DNA of 64,000 nucleotides from positions 25,110,001 through 25,174,000 of the forward strand of contig CM075983.1 of the NCBI GenBank assembly GCA_038087875.1. The letters are read 5' to 3'. The notes under the pieces are model-generated. The model saw only the letters and a program-made list of their open reading frames with translations, was not told the origin of the DNA and ran no database searches. Of the stretch, positions 11,605 through 25,074 are shown piece by piece (the first letter of the stretch is position 1; the number at the start of each line of letters is the position of its first letter). The stretch comes from Malacoraja senta. Taxonomy: Eukaryota. The position numbers and the translations under genes were made by a program.

Positions 11605-12020
11605 TCAAGTCAAGAGAGTTTATTGTCATGTGTCCCAGATAGGACAATGACATTCTTGCTAGCTGCAGCATGACAGAATATTTTAGGCATAAATACAGAT
11701 CAGATCAGTGTGACCATATACCATAGACCATATATATACACACATAAATACACAGATAAAGTGCAATAGGCTGTTATAGTTCATAGCTTGTTTGAAGTTT
11801 TGTTTAATAGTCTGATGGCTGTGGGGAAGAAGCTGTTCCTGAACCTGGATATTGCAGATTTCAGGCTCCTGCACCTGCTACCTGATGGCAGCAGAGAGAT
11901 GAGTGTGTGGTCAGGATGGTGTGGGTCCTTGATGATGCTGGCAGCCTTTTTGAGGCAGCGCCTGCAATAGATCCCCTCGATGGTAGGGAGGTCAGAGCCG
12001 ATGATGGACTGGGCAGTGTT
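11605..12020 (-). mobile_element. Rex1/Babar LINE 3' fragment
   Basis: (CTTGA)n-like tail, AATAAA, and gaagaagctgttcctgaacctgg (RFRNSFFP on minus). Confidence 0.8.
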
Positions 12021-12236
12021 TAAGGCAAGATCAATAAATGATTTAAATATGCATGAGAATTGTTAAGTTGAGGGGTTGCTTTGAATGGTGAGCAAAGTTG
12101 GCCACTGAGTACAGTGCTGATTGTCGAACGTGACTTGGCACTGGCCAGGGAATAGCAGCACAGTTGCTGCAGTGAATGGAAAATGGGAGGCCAATCAGGA
12201 CAACACTGTAACAGCCCAGTCTGAAGGTAACAGATG

Positions 12237-12405
12237 AAATGTGCAGGATGGAACTGCAGATGCTGGTTTAAACTGATGGTAGACACAAAAATCTGGAGTA
12301 ACTCAACGGGACAGACAGCATCTCTGGAGAAAAGGAATAGGTGACATTTCATGTCTGAAGAAGAGTCTTGAACCTTGAGTTACTCCATCTTTTTGTGTCT
12401 ATCTA
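12237..12405. mobile_element. Penelope-derived inverted mini-element with 13-bp TSD
   Basis: Minus pLTR plus short plus-oriented arm; AAGGTAACAGATG at 12224-12236 and 12406-12418. Confidence 0.8.
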
Positions 12406-12556
12406 AAGGTAACAGATGCAGGTTACATTGCAGAAGGGTAATGCAAGAATGGGAATTGTCAATATGTAAGGAAAGGTATTTCCTAGTTAAAGAAACCTGG
12501 TCTACAGAGTAGCAAAAATTCAATGGCTCAGACATTGTGGAGTAATGGTATTGGTT

Positions 12557-13050
12557 TGTAGAAACAAAGGACTGCAGATGCTGGTTAATACACAAAATGA
12601 CACAAAGCACTGGAGTAACTCAGAAGGTCAGGCAGCATCTCTGGAGAACATAGATAAGTGATGTTTTGTGTCGAGACCGTTCATCATCGAATTGTAGGGA
12701 GGAGGTATTGATTTATTGGCAACGATGACTAAGTGGTCAGTATTTCAGCGGAGAAGAAAGTGGGAGAGATTTGACTTTATTGCCTTCCATCACAGTGAGG
12801 AATATGGAGAGCCACTGTGGTGGATGTTTATGTTAAATTTTATTTTATGTGGTTGCGTGTCTTACTGTTTTTCACTTGGTGTGGCCGTATGGTAACTCGA
12901 ATTTCACTGTACCTTAATTGGTACATGTGACAATAAACCCATCTTGAATCTCTTGAATGCTCTCCAGAGATGCTGCCTGATCCACTGAGTTACTCCAGTA
13001 CTTAGTGTCTTTATTTGTAAACCATCATTTGTAATTCCTTGTATCTACGC
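12557..13050. mobile_element. Inverted Penelope pLTR pair interrupted by a retroposon 3' fragment (~12740-12957, +)
   Basis: Minus arm 12557-12690 and plus arm 12960-13050. The insert ends atttcactgtaccttaattggtacatgtgacaataaa (Rex/Babar-type tail). Confidence 0.7.
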
Positions 13051-13689
13051 CTACATTCCATAAAGATATTCTTTCTACAGGCTGTGGGCAGTTAATGCTC
13101 CTCCTAGCATGCACAGTGGCAACTATTTTCAATATGCATTCTTAGTATTGAGTCTAATGTCCTGAAAGCTTATTTTGGGAAATCAGATGTGTAACACATT
13201 TTTTTCTTTATTTAAGGATGGAAAGTCAGGATCAATATGCCTATCAATAACAGCAGCCTAAGGTTCCTGATTTTTAAATACAACTGGTGATGCTGACAGA
13301 TTTAAGTGCTGAAGAAATTCAACTGCTAGTCATGGAGATCAAGGAGTCCTTGCCAAGGATGGTTCAGGTTATATGGAGGTGGTGGTGTGGTTATGGAGAA
13401 GGGGTTACTGAAGCAGTTGGCTACTATCCATGGCTGCAATGCAGCGCAAAAGGTTTACAGCCCCACAGGAAGTTTTATCAATTCTGATCCCATACAAATG
13501 AGATGAACATAAAAGCACAAGAAATGAAAGTAGGAGGATGCCATATAACACTAGGACTCCAATCTGTCTTGCAGTTGGAACATGCTGATCTGATCTTGGT
13601 GTTAACACTACATACATGCTCGATCTTTATAACCCTTGACTCTCTTTTAGTCCAAAAAATGATCACAGTCTTGAATATATTCAAGGACT

Positions 13690-13950
13690 GTGGAGAGTGT
13701 CCATTCACTCTCTAAGGAACGTGAATTCCAATGGGTCATGGCCTTGTGAGCGAAGAAATTTCTCTGAGCTCCACCTTCAATGGGTAGCACCTTAATCTGA
13801 AATCATGTTCTCTAATTCCATGTTCATTCTTCATTCATTCTTCTGAACTGCAATGACACCAGGCCAAACTTAATTAACTGTTCTTCATAATATAACCCCT
13901 TCTTCCAAGACTTCACCAATTAAATTTACTCTGAACTGCCTCCAATGCTG
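13690..13950 (-). mobile_element. Old CR1 3' relic
   Basis: gaagaaatttctcctg-like, tataaccccttc and ctctgaactgcctccaatgc blocks similar to the CR1 at 18794. Confidence 0.55.
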
Positions 13951-15664
13951 CCTGACCTGCTGAATTTGTCGAGCATTTTTCATTTTTATTTTATATTAGT
14001 TGCAGATGTAATTATCTGTTGTGAGTGTGGTAATGAATTGCCTTCATTACAGCCCCTTCAACCTTTTGCATAGAGTGATATGTTCTTGGAACTTACTCAG
14101 CTTGATAGAAACTGGATCCTTCTAATATAACAATTGAAAAAAGGTTATTAAGGCTCTTTAGTTCATTGTGATATATAAGTTATTATACATGTAAAAAATT
14201 GAGTCTTTTTTTCAGTTCTCATTGCTTGTTATTGGTACAAGTCTGCAGGCAGGGCAGAAAATATGTGCTTGAAGCTCTGGTCTGAACTAGCCGCTAACCT
14301 GTTTTGTCAAATCAATGCTCTAATTATTGCAGATTGCAGCACCACCTTTGAACTTTACACATACTGAGAGTGCCTTCTGCTATCAATAATGCATAGATTA
14401 TTGACTATTCCCAGCGGAAGTTTCTTCATTGTATTACAATAAAAAAATAGCTCAAATGAATAGCAATCAATAGTTTTGAAATTGATTCCTATCACCTCAA
14501 TCAACTATTCACAAGTTGAGCCTGAAACTTACCATCCTTAAAGCAAAATTTCTATAGTTTGTCTCATTTGTCTCTACAACACGAGTAACATCTGGCAATG
14601 TTCATAGAATTCTGTATAATATTAGAAATGCATCACGTGCATGGCAATGCATTCAATAGATAGATACCATTGTTGAATTGTACCAGACGAAAAAAGTTTC
14701 ATTAGAGTTTATGTACCCTGTAATTCTTCTGTTGCATTGTCGAAGGATTGTGTACACCAGTAGCTTATTGTATAGTACATTGTTTGGGCTGGTGGGCTAG
14801 AATTACTTGTACTATTGCTTGTCTTCAGTTTTCCATTTAAGAATGAGATGTCAAAAACACCAGTCTCTGTGGGAAATATAAAGGTCAGCTGGTACAGTTT
14901 TGGGGTCTTTATTTATCAGGTATCTATTTGGGATGTCTGAATTATTCCTTCTATTTGTCAGCTTCCAAATCTGAATGAGAATGGGAACCAGGGATTGAGT
15001 TGACTAAGAGCAATGCAGATGAGGTCCTGCTGTTGGGGTGGCTGTTGTTGACAAGGAAATGGAGGGATGCCTCAATCGCAGACTATTGATCTTAGTTTCA
15101 ACTTATGATGCGCATCAACCAATTCTCAATTTTCTAAAATCTCAATTTTCCAAATGCCTTGTTTTTATTTCAATGATTAGTCTTTTCCTATTTTGATAAT
15201 CTTGCAGGATTTTTTAAAGAGGAATGTGTCATTTAGATATTATGTATGAATGTATTATTTGCTTTGATATTACAGAGTTCTTGCAGGTATTTAAACATGC
15301 GCTGAAATATTGATGAATATTCTTAACAGTCTACCTAAAATGAGGATAGGTGAACTACACACAAAATAGTTCTAATCCATAAGAACAAGTATTTAGTAAA
15401 GTTTAAGGACAATTAAACCAATGACTTACAACATGTTACTTCATAATAAAAGGGACCATTTAAAATGTAAAACTTGTCCAGGATTTGACCCTATGAGACA
15501 ACCCAGCTCATCAGCTGCTATTGGTCCTGTTTTAAACTGTGGTCATCACAGATGTGTCAACATGAAGAATCTCTAAAATCATTGACATTTCTTAGCTAAA
15601 AGGGAAGATTAATTTATGTCAGACTCTCAAATTAGAGAGTCTGACATAAAATGTCAGGAGTAAC

Positions 15665-16245
15665 TGACACAAAATGCTGGAGTAACTTAGCGGGACAGGC
15701 AGCCTCTGGATAGCAGGAATGGATGACATTTCAGGCTGTGACCCTTCTTCAGACTGAGCGTCAGGGAAGAGGGAGATACAGAGATAAGGAAGTGTAAGAG
15801 ATTTAAAAAGATGCAGATCAAGGAAAATGTAGAATATAGCACTTCTAGGTAGGAGAAGGTGACAACAAAGCAGACAGAGGTACAATGTGGTCAGAGGGAC
15901 CGTCAGTTGGAGAACTGGGAAGGGGGAGGGATGGAGCGAGAGGGAAAGCAAGGGTTACGTGAAGTTAGAGAAGTAAATATTCATATCGTTGGACTGTAAA
16001 CTGTCCAAGCAAACCCTCACATCAGTCTGAAGAATGATTTCGGCCCGAAACGTTGCCTATTTCCTTTGCTCCATAGATGCTGCCTCACCCGCTGAGTTTC
16101 TCCAGCATTTTTGTCTACAAGCAAAATATGAGGTGTTGTTCCTCCAATTTGCAATGGGCCTCACTTTGACAATGGAGGAGGTGCAGGATTGAAAGGTCAG
16201 TGTATATCTTTCGTGTAAACCAGTATTTGCAGTTCCTTCCTACAC
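15665..16245. mobile_element. Penelope element remnant (minus 3' end with nested plus pLTR)
   Basis: Minus pLTR 15665-15755, purine-rich UTR, GIY-YIG C-terminal remnant (gcaaaatatgaggtgttgttcctccaatttg = KLEEQHLIFC on minus), plus pLTR 16025-16120. Confidence 0.78.
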
Positions 16246-18203
16246 AAACTATTCATGGAAATGGAAACTTCTTCAGATGATTACTGATGGTGTTAAAGAA
16301 AAAATTCTCTAATCAAATTTGTAGATTGACTTCACATTCTTCATGAAAAAGCGATATATGTCGATGATCATTTCTAATGAATAGTGTAAAATGGCAAGAA
16401 AGTTTACTTTGGTCAATCTATACATTTTCTTAATAATCTTCATACTTTTTGTAGTACCTCAAGAAAATATTTGGATGGGTGTATCGACCACCATAATGTA
16501 ACAAATATTTTGTTAGTGGGAATGACAGAAATCCAACTACAAACGTCTTGGGGAATCATGCTGAATTTTAATTTATAAATTTCAAAAAGCTTGCTACATG
16601 AACTTCAATTAGTAATTTATTGGATTAATCTCCAGAAAATATTTGGAGAAAATAAGCTTTTATCTTGGTGCTTTTATGTTGAGTAACATAAAAGTGCTAA
16701 GACTAAAGCTTATTTTCAGCTATTAACAACGAACTTCAAGCTACAGTGAAGGCTTTCACAACCCAATGCTCAATAAAAGCACTCTGATAGGTTCTCAGTC
16801 AGACTATGCTGAAGCTGACAATTATAAAGAGGCAGAGATGTAGGCAAGTAGATAGATTTTATACAGATGCATGGATCATCTTTGACCAGATCCAGAAAGC
16901 AATGATGTAGGATAAGAAAGTGTATTGTTTTTTTTTTTTTGGATTAATTGAAGTGCAAATTATGATGATTGAAACAAGAACAATTATTACTGTTGCTAAG
17001 TATTTTCAATTGCTGTGAACCAAAGCAGTTTACTGATCCACCTCTCATTAAGCTCACTACATGCGCAGTAGCCCTTCTTTAAAGAATTAGAGAGCTGCAT
17101 TAAAGGCATTTTCAAAACTCAGTTTCCATTTTCACATTCTTTGAAGATCTCTGGGCTGTACTCTTATAAGAATACAATAGGCAATGCAGCTCACTCCTTC
17201 CTAAATGCACTGATGGGAATACATCAAGAAGGTATCCATGGCGGATCTAGAGTTATTCAGATTCAATTCATGCAGATCACATTTAAGATAAATGGGGCAT
17301 AATAATGATATCCAAGGGAGATATGACACATTAACAATAGTACAATATTTTTTAGTTAATAAAGCAAGCAGGTCAAAGGCTGTCAACAATTTATCAATGT
17401 ACAGAATAGAAGAGAAATCTGACAGAGTAACTGATATTCCAGCATTTTAATTGAGAAATGGCCTGCAGCTCAGTTCATATCTTGTTATGAACCTTTAATT
17501 CATCAATGTGAAAACACAAAAATGACATAGAAAATATATATTTAAAACAAGGATTGTATATGATTTTTTCTTTAAAAAAAAAAGTGGACAGTATTGTTAT
17601 TGATGAAGGATGCAATGTCTAGAGTTTACTGTGTCAAATGAATGAGAGGATAATATGTCATCCACTTGAAGCATACAATGTCCACTAAATATATTTTGAT
17701 TGACTAGGTAATTCCAATAATTTGATATTTGTAGATATGTGCAGTTATCTAAATGAGGAAGGGATCAATAGCAATCATAAAAAAATAATAAGATGTTAAT
17801 ATGTTTCACCTTCCAGAAACAAAAGATAGTATAGTTTAATGCTCATCTGGAAATCTGAAAAATTACCTATCTTTAAATGGAAGATAGGAATAGGAGTACA
17901 TCTTTTAGACTCTCATTTCTGTTCCACATTTCAATTAAATTATGATTGATATGTAATCTATTCATACCAACCTTAGTCCATATCCTATGTTAAGTAAATA
18001 TTTATCAATCTCAGATTTAAAATTTACAATAAAAATAAACACACTTATTATCTGGAAAAGAGAGAGGAATATCTCTTGATTGTGAGACGTTAAAATTGTG
18101 GACACCCTGGCCTAGAGATCTTTTAAATTTCTATGATAATGTTAGTACTGTATAGGTAATGTACATGCCTGATCATTCCAGTTCAGGTAACAATTGGTTT
18201 TCA

Positions 18204-18411
18204 GCGATGATAGACACAAAGTGCTCGAGTAACTCAGCAGGTCAGGCAGCATCTCTGGAGAAAAGAAATAGGTGATGTTTTGGGTCGAACCCCTTCTTCA
18301 GTCTGAAACATCACCTATTCCTTTTCTCCAGAGATGCTGCCTGACCCTCTGAGTTACTCCAGCATTTTGTGTCCATCTTCGGCGTGACCAGCATCTGCAG
18401 TTCCTTTCTAC
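18204..18411. mobile_element. Penelope-derived hairpin mini-element with 14-bp TSD
   Basis: Arms ~18206-18282 and ~18305-18380 are reverse complements. TSD ACAATTGGTTTTCA (18190-18203) / ACAATTGATTTTCA (18412-18425). Confidence 0.85.
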
Positions 18412-18793
18412 ACAATTGATTTTCAATCATGGTTGTCCTGCAACTTTGTATATTTGTTTTCAACCTGCAACTTTATCCCAGTTTTTCAGTTACTGGTGAG
18501 CTACATTCCCTCTCTGGTGATCTCTGGACTCAGCTCACATTCACCTTATTTTCATGATCTGATGGTAATTTGTTGATGAAAGTTGGCCAAGTCCTCCAAG
18601 TGAGTGAATTCATCATAAGTGTCTTCCTGATATAATACCCATTAGGCATGGACCACAACAAAATATGTGAGGACAAACTCTGACTGGCAACCAAGACATC
18701 CCCCTAGAGTCATGGAGAAAAATAGCACAGAAACAAGTGTTATGGTCCACTATATCCATGCCAACCATTAAGCACCACTTTACACTAACCTTA

Positions 18794-21543
18794 CATAGAA
18801 ACATAGAAAATAGGTGCAGGAGGAGGCCATTCGGCCCTTCGAGCCAGCACCGCCATTCATTGTGATCATGGCTGATCGTCCCCTATCAATAACCCGTGCC
18901 TGCCTTCTCCCCATATCCCTTGACTCCACTAGCCCCTAGAGCTCTATCTAACTCTCTCTTAAATCCATCCAGTTACTTGGCCTCCACTGCCCTCTGTGGT
19001 AGGGAATTCCTTAAATTCACAACTCTCAGGGTCAAAACGTTTTTTCTCACCTCAGTCTTAAATGACCTCCCCTTTATTCTAAGACTGTGGCCCCTGGTTC
19101 TCGACTCGCCCAACATTGGGAACATTTTGCCTGCATCTAGCTTGTCCAGTCCTTTTATGATTTTATATGATTCTATAAGACCCCCCCTCATCCATCTAAA
19201 CTCCAGTGAATGCAAGCCTAGTCTTTTCAATCTTTCCTCATATGACAGTCCCGCCATCCCTGGGATCAATCTCATGAACCTACGCTGCACTGCCTCAATC
19301 ACAAGGATGTCCTTCCTCAAATTCGGAGACCAAAACTGTACATAATACTCCAGATGTGGTCTCACCAGAGCCCTATACAACTGCAGAAGAACCTCTTTAC
19401 TCCTATACTGAAATCCTCTTGTTATGAAGGCCAACATTCCATTAGCTTTCTTCACTGCCTGCTGTACCTGCACGGCAACTTTCAATGACCGGTGTACAAG
19501 GACGCCCAGGTCTCGCTGCACCTCCCCCTTACCTAACCTAACCCCATTGAGATAATAATCTGCCCCCTTGTTTTTGCGGCCAAAGTGCATAACCTCACAT
19601 TTATCTATATTATACTGCATCTGCCACGCATCTGCCCACTCACTCAACCTGTCCAGGTCACCCTGCAACCTTCTAACATCCTTTTCACAGTTCACACTGC
19701 CACCCAGCTTTGTGTCATCCGCAAACTTGCTGGTGTTACTCCTAATTCCCTCTTCCAAATCATTAATATATATGGTAAACAGTTGCGGCCCCAACATCGA
19801 GCCTTGCGGCACTCCACTCGCCACTACCTGCCATTCTGAAAAGGACCCGTTCACTCCTACTCTTTGCTTCCGGTCTGCCAACCAATTTTCTATCCATGTC
19901 AACACCCTACTCCCAATACCATGTGCTCTAATTTTAGTCACCAGTCTCCCGTGCGGGACCTTATCAAAGGCTTTCTGAATGTCTAGATGCACTACATATA
20001 CTGGCACCCCTTCATCCATTTTACTTGTCACATCCTCAAAAATTCCAGAAGATTATTCAAGCATGATTTCCCTTTCATAAATCCATGCTGACTTGGACTA
20101 ATCCTTTTACTGCTATCCAAATGCCCCATTATTACCTCTTTAATAATTGACTCCAGCATCTTTCCCACCACCGAAGTCAGGCTAACTGGTCTGCAATTCC
20201 CTGTTTTCTCTCTCGCTCCTTTCTTGAAAAGTGGGATAACATTAGCTATCCTCCAATCCACAGGAACTGATCCTGAATCTATTGAACATTGGAAAATGAT
20301 CACCAATGCGTCCACTTTTTCTAGAGCCACCTCCCTGAGGACCCTGGGATGCAGACCATCAGGCCCAGGGGATTTATCATCCTTCAGTCCCATTAGCCTA
20401 CCCAATACTATTTCTCGCCTAATGAACATTTCTTTCAGTTCCTCTACCCCCTTAGATCCTCTGTCCTCCAGTACATCTGGGAGATTGTTTGTGTCTTCCT
20501 TAGTGAAGACAGATCCGAAGTATCTATTCGACTCTTCTGCCATTTCCTTGTTGCCCATAATAATTTCACCCGTGTCTGCCTTCAAGGGACCCACATTTGA
20601 CTTTGCTACTCTTTTTCCCTTAACATATCTAAAGAAGCTTTTACTGTCCTTCTTTATATTCCTGGCCAGCTTCCCCTCGTACTTCATCTTTTCAGCCCGT
20701 ATTTCCCGTTTTGTTTCCTTCTGTTGTCCTATGAAAGTTTCCCAAATCCTCTGGCTTCCGGCTACTCTTTGCTGTGTTATACATCTTTTCTTTTAGTTTT
20801 ATTCTATCCCTAACTTCTCTTGTCAGCCACGGTTGTCTCCTACTTCCCTTAGAATCTTTCTTCCTTTTTGGAATGAAATGATCCTGCGTCTTCCGGATTA
20901 TGCCCAGAAATTCCTGCCATTGCTGTTCCACCATCATTCCTGCTAGGATCCCTTTCCAGTCTACCTTGGCCAGCTCCCCTCTCATGCCTTCATAGTCCCC
21001 TTTGTTCAACTGCATCACTGCCACTTCCGATTTAACGTTCTCCTTCTCAAATTGCAGATTAAAACTAATCATATTATGATCACTACCTCCAAGCGGTTCC
21101 TTTACCTCGAGTTCTCTTATCATATCTGGTTCATTGGACAACACTAAATCCAGAATTGCCTTTTCTCTGGTTCGGCTCCATTACAAGCTGCTCTAAGAAT
21201 CCATCTCGGAGGCATTCTACAAACTCTCTTTCTTGGGGTCCTGAACCAACCTGATTTTCCCAGTCTACCTGCATATTGAAATCCCCCATCACCATAGTGG
21301 CATTACCTTTGTCACATGCCAGTTTTAACTCCTGCTGCAACTTACACCCTACATCCGGGCTACTATTTGGGGGTCTGTAGATAACACCAATTAGTGACTT
21401 CTTGCCTTTAGTAATCCCCACAATGTCATATCTACCAACCTCTAACTGAGCCTCAAGCTCATCTACTTTACTTCTTATAGTTCGCGCATTCATATACAAT
21501 ACTGTTAATTCATTACGCATCTCACCTTTCACATCGATCCTTA
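18794..21543 (-). mobile_element. CR1-clade LINE, 5'-truncated, near-complete ORF2
   Basis: APE start (LYMNARTIRSK), MGDFN, SDHNMI, KSPGPDG, RPVSLTS, GVPQGS, SKFADDTK, RPHLEY; (TTTCTATG)n tail at 18794-18808. Sits inside a minus-strand SINE. Confidence 0.95.
18973..21532 (-). pseudogene. CR1 ORF2 (endonuclease-RT), frameshifted into four pieces with an internal APE deletion
   Basis: ORFs 21131-21532, 20692-21144, 20028-20687 and 18973-20031 are consecutive ORF2 segments. The junction DIVGIT|KGKKSLIG lacks the ETW region. Confidence 0.9.
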
Positions 21544-21760
21544 TTACACTAATCCTAATTTATTCTCCCCACATTCCCATCATCTCCACCCAATTTCTAT
21601 CAATGACTTTACAGTAGACACCTATACATTTTTAAGATGTGGAAGGAAAGTGGATCAATGTAGTCAGAGGTAGAACTCCACATAGACTGCACGCTGCACT
21701 CAGCATTGAATCTGGGTGTCTGCAGCTGTGAGGAAGCAGCTCTACTCGCTGCACCAATTT
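21544..21760 (-). mobile_element. Decayed HE1-like SINE (its 3' part lies at ~18710-18793)
   Basis: gatgtggaaggaaa...ctgtgaggaagcagctctac matches the reverse complement of the SINE head and V domain. Confidence 0.6.
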
Positions 21761-22436
21761 GCTGCAGCTCTAGGCAGAGGTTATTGAAGATCTGAATGCT
21801 TATGAAAGTATGCCACAATTACTAAAACATTTCATTAGAACATCACACACTTAAAAGAAATAAAAGTTATGACAAATAATAACATTTCGGAATGGTGTAG
21901 ATTAGCCAGCAAATATCAATCAGCAAATTTGGGACGTTGCATTTGCACAAACATGTTTGGAAAGCTGATACTCATGTGGGCAAATACAGAAATATCCAAC
22001 CAGATCTGCCAGTATTCCCTCTTAAAATCTTCCTCTCAAAAGTCTTGTTTAACCTTTCACCGTAACATGCGCTCATCAGATTGTGCCCCTATTGACTCCA
22101 TCCAGTGTTCACTGTCTTTGGGCCTTTGGTTCCTGGAGAACGGCAGACCCATGAAATGCACCGCTGCAGGAAGTGATTTGTGAGCTTGCTGCTGTAGAGG
22201 GTGTGAGGGAGGGTCATTTGGGTGGGTCCAGGCCTCAGACTTAGATTCCAGGTTAAAGAAGTGGAACATCTAGAGTTGTGATGAAGTGATTATGAGATGG
22301 TCAGATAAATCAGTGCCTGAAAGTGATGATGCAATGAAATAAGCTGATCTTGTTCAGGTTTGAGCTTTGGCTTTTCAAACCTCACAAACAATTGTAGCCC
22401 TGCTTTGCTATTCACATTATTCATATACACACATGA

Positions 22437-22779
22437 GAGACCAGTGGAAGTCAGCGGAACCATCTAGGCTACACCTTTACATCGATGACCCCATGGACGT
22501 CCCTGGCCAGGACCTGCCCCGAAAGCAGTGGACATCCCTCAACCGCTTGAGGACAGGCATCGGACGCTATGGAGTAGCGATGAAGAGGTGGGGCCTCGTG
22601 GACAGTGCCTCCTGCGAGTGTGGGGACCCAACACAGACAGTGGAGCACATAGTCACCAGTTGCCCCAAACACCGGCCACCGAATGGTGAACGAGGTCTGA
22701 TTGACCTGGACGATGACACGTTGGCCTGGCTCGCCTCAACGGAGCTGCAGGTCTAAAAGACACACGACAGAAGAAGAAG
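22437..22779 (+). mobile_element. Vingi/Ingi-like LINE 3' fragment, young
   Basis: Open frame PGQDLPRKQWTSLNRLRTGIGR...WGLVDSASCECGDPTQTVEHIVTSCP (CCHC-type C-terminus) to TAA at 22756; (GAA)n tail; perfect TSD ATATACACACATGA (22423-22436 / 22780-22793). Confidence 0.8.
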
Positions 22780-25074
22780 ATATACACACATGAACACCCG
22801 GGGCAAACCTATACCAGCATGGCCTTTCCCTTTAACATTGCGGAATCATCAGGCAGCAGTAACACAGCCACCTCTCTCCCCATCTCTCTCTACAACCCAG
22901 GAGAAAAAAACTATATTTACAGGAAGGAGAAGATAGGCAGAGTGTCATTGTATCTGATACCACCGTGAGTTTGTTCAGCTACTGGCATAGAGAGGTTTGA
23001 ACAGACTAGACTGGTGTACACATTTCATTTAGGGAGAGGTCTGTCACTAATGGGTTGCATTAAGGAGAGAGACCAAGTGAAGTTAATGTGACATGTTTTT
23101 GGAACTCACTGGTTTTACTACAGAGAATCAGATGCACCAGGTTGACATGGAGCACCTAAAGCACCAGTTTTGTGTGCTCCATCACCTTCCCAAGTCTTCT
23201 GCATTCAGGACACCTACAATTCTAATAAGTGCACATGTTCCCTTTACCCAATGGTCAATTAAGAAAAGAGATAGCCTCCCTTTTTCTCTTGACAGAGAGC
23301 ATGGACAACTTCCCTAATGCTGCGGTGAGCTTCAGCATGAAATGTACACCATTGCTTTGAATGATGCAGAGGCTAGGAAATCTAGGTCAACATCGATTTC
23401 ACATGCAGGCTGAGCAGTCAAGCATGGGCTGGAATCTGTGGAGTGATAGTAGAGATCCATGTCAACACAGTCTTTGTAAACCTTTGCCACCAAATACATT
23501 GGTCCTCTATATTCTTGGCCTAATTCGACCTTCTCTTCGGTATCCCCAGATGTGTCTGCATTACGATTTGCAAAGCCTGTGCTGCAGTTCCAGTTCGTGC
23601 ATCACACCCACCGGGAACACTCACGATATACCGTGGCATAAATGTACCTGGTTAAATGAAAATGTACATCTTCAAAGTTGCTGGATCTGCTTATGTTATA
23701 CACATGTGGAACATGGCAGTTTCCACAATGCAAAACAGCACACTGAATGAAAAGCATTTGAGTCATTCTCTCAATAGCATAGGTGTAGTGAATAGAGTGC
23801 TATGAAAAACTGATTTGTTGCAAGTGGTTCTTACTCAAAAAATGTCAACCAGTTTCATTTGGGAGTACTCCACATCAGCATAGCATGACAATTGACACCA
23901 TCCTTGTGTATCATGTAGGTCAAAGGTCATGTGCTCCTCGCGCACTTGTCCCATCATGTCTACAAGTCCTTCATTGGCTTCATTACTCACCCCAGAACTT
24001 ACAAAACTAAAGTGGAAGCAAGTCATTCTTGATGACGATGAACTGTCTCTCAGAAGGAAAGGTGCCATACCCAGACGTACTTGTACATGTTGATGGACTC
24101 AGATCCACAGCTTACCATGTTTGTGCAATTATTATTAAAAAGCATAAGAGTGTGCTCATGTAGTGCCACAAAATCCTGCACCTGGGAGGAGTTATTAGGA
24201 ATCAATGTTAATCATTCCATTGTCGGCGCAGAAGCTGAAGGTTTTGAAAAACATTTGTGAAAAACATAGTAGATCTGTGCTGCCACAGACCTTTGTGGTT
24301 GCAAAATATCACGATTGACAATAACAAAAGAGAGAGGTGCAAAAAAATTAGATCACACAAATTCCTTATTTTCAAATCACATTTTCTATCTTATTTTTAT
24401 GTTGATGACTAAAAGGTTCAGAACAAGATGTGAAGTGAACTGGAGGCTATTTTTCAACTAAATTGTTTGATTATCACTCACCCTGTTGGATGGCTTATAA
24501 TTTTGAAAGGTTGGTGTTTAAGAGTTGATTAGTTGCACATTCGAGGATGTTAAGATTTTCCTTCACATCTTTGTGGTTATAAAATGACAGAGAATCATAC
24601 AAAATAGTTTAAGAAAATCAAGCCATGTGCAGGGTTGCAGTCTGCTATCATTTATTTGAAAATGTAAGAAATTGGATATAATATTGAAAAAAGAAGAGAT
24701 GATTCTTACATTTGGCACTGCATATAGCAGTTAAATCCTTTTTATATGCTTCTGTATCTATGAATTATGTAGAGAAGAAAAATGCTACGAATGATAAAAA
24801 GGACGAGCTGCAGGTTAAATCTGATTCAAATGAGTTATAATTGTGTTATAGGCTCACCTAATAGGGCTTCTCTTCTCTACTAAATTAATTATCTCTGTAA
24901 GTGATGTTTGTTTAAATTTTTCAAATGACTGCATTCTTAAGAGACTTTGGTCTAGATTTTCCTTAGAATCACTCATTTTAAGATGGTCGGGTTACAAACT
25001 AAGTAAGTTAAAATGATCAATTCTACCACATCAAAACATCGCCTTAAAATAATTGTCATCTTCCTGGAGCAGAC

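Noticed and set aside
14533-14591. Minus-strand micro-exon candidate (ccag|ATGTTACTC...AGGATG|gtaagt)
   Set aside because: Weak polypyrimidine tract and an unrecognised 20-aa peptide.
18896-20796. Plus-strand ORFs of 84-190 aa
   Set aside because: Antisense shadows of CR1 ORF2.
18780-21557. 14-bp TSD for the long CR1 (ttacactaacctta / ttacactaatccta)
   Set aside because: Two mismatches around an otherwise young element; may be partly microhomology, so not asserted.
23330-23648. Selenoprotein-like in-frame TGA (RWV-TGA-CTNWNC)
   Set aside because: No recognisable selenoprotein family or SECIS seen; kept only as an unexplained block.
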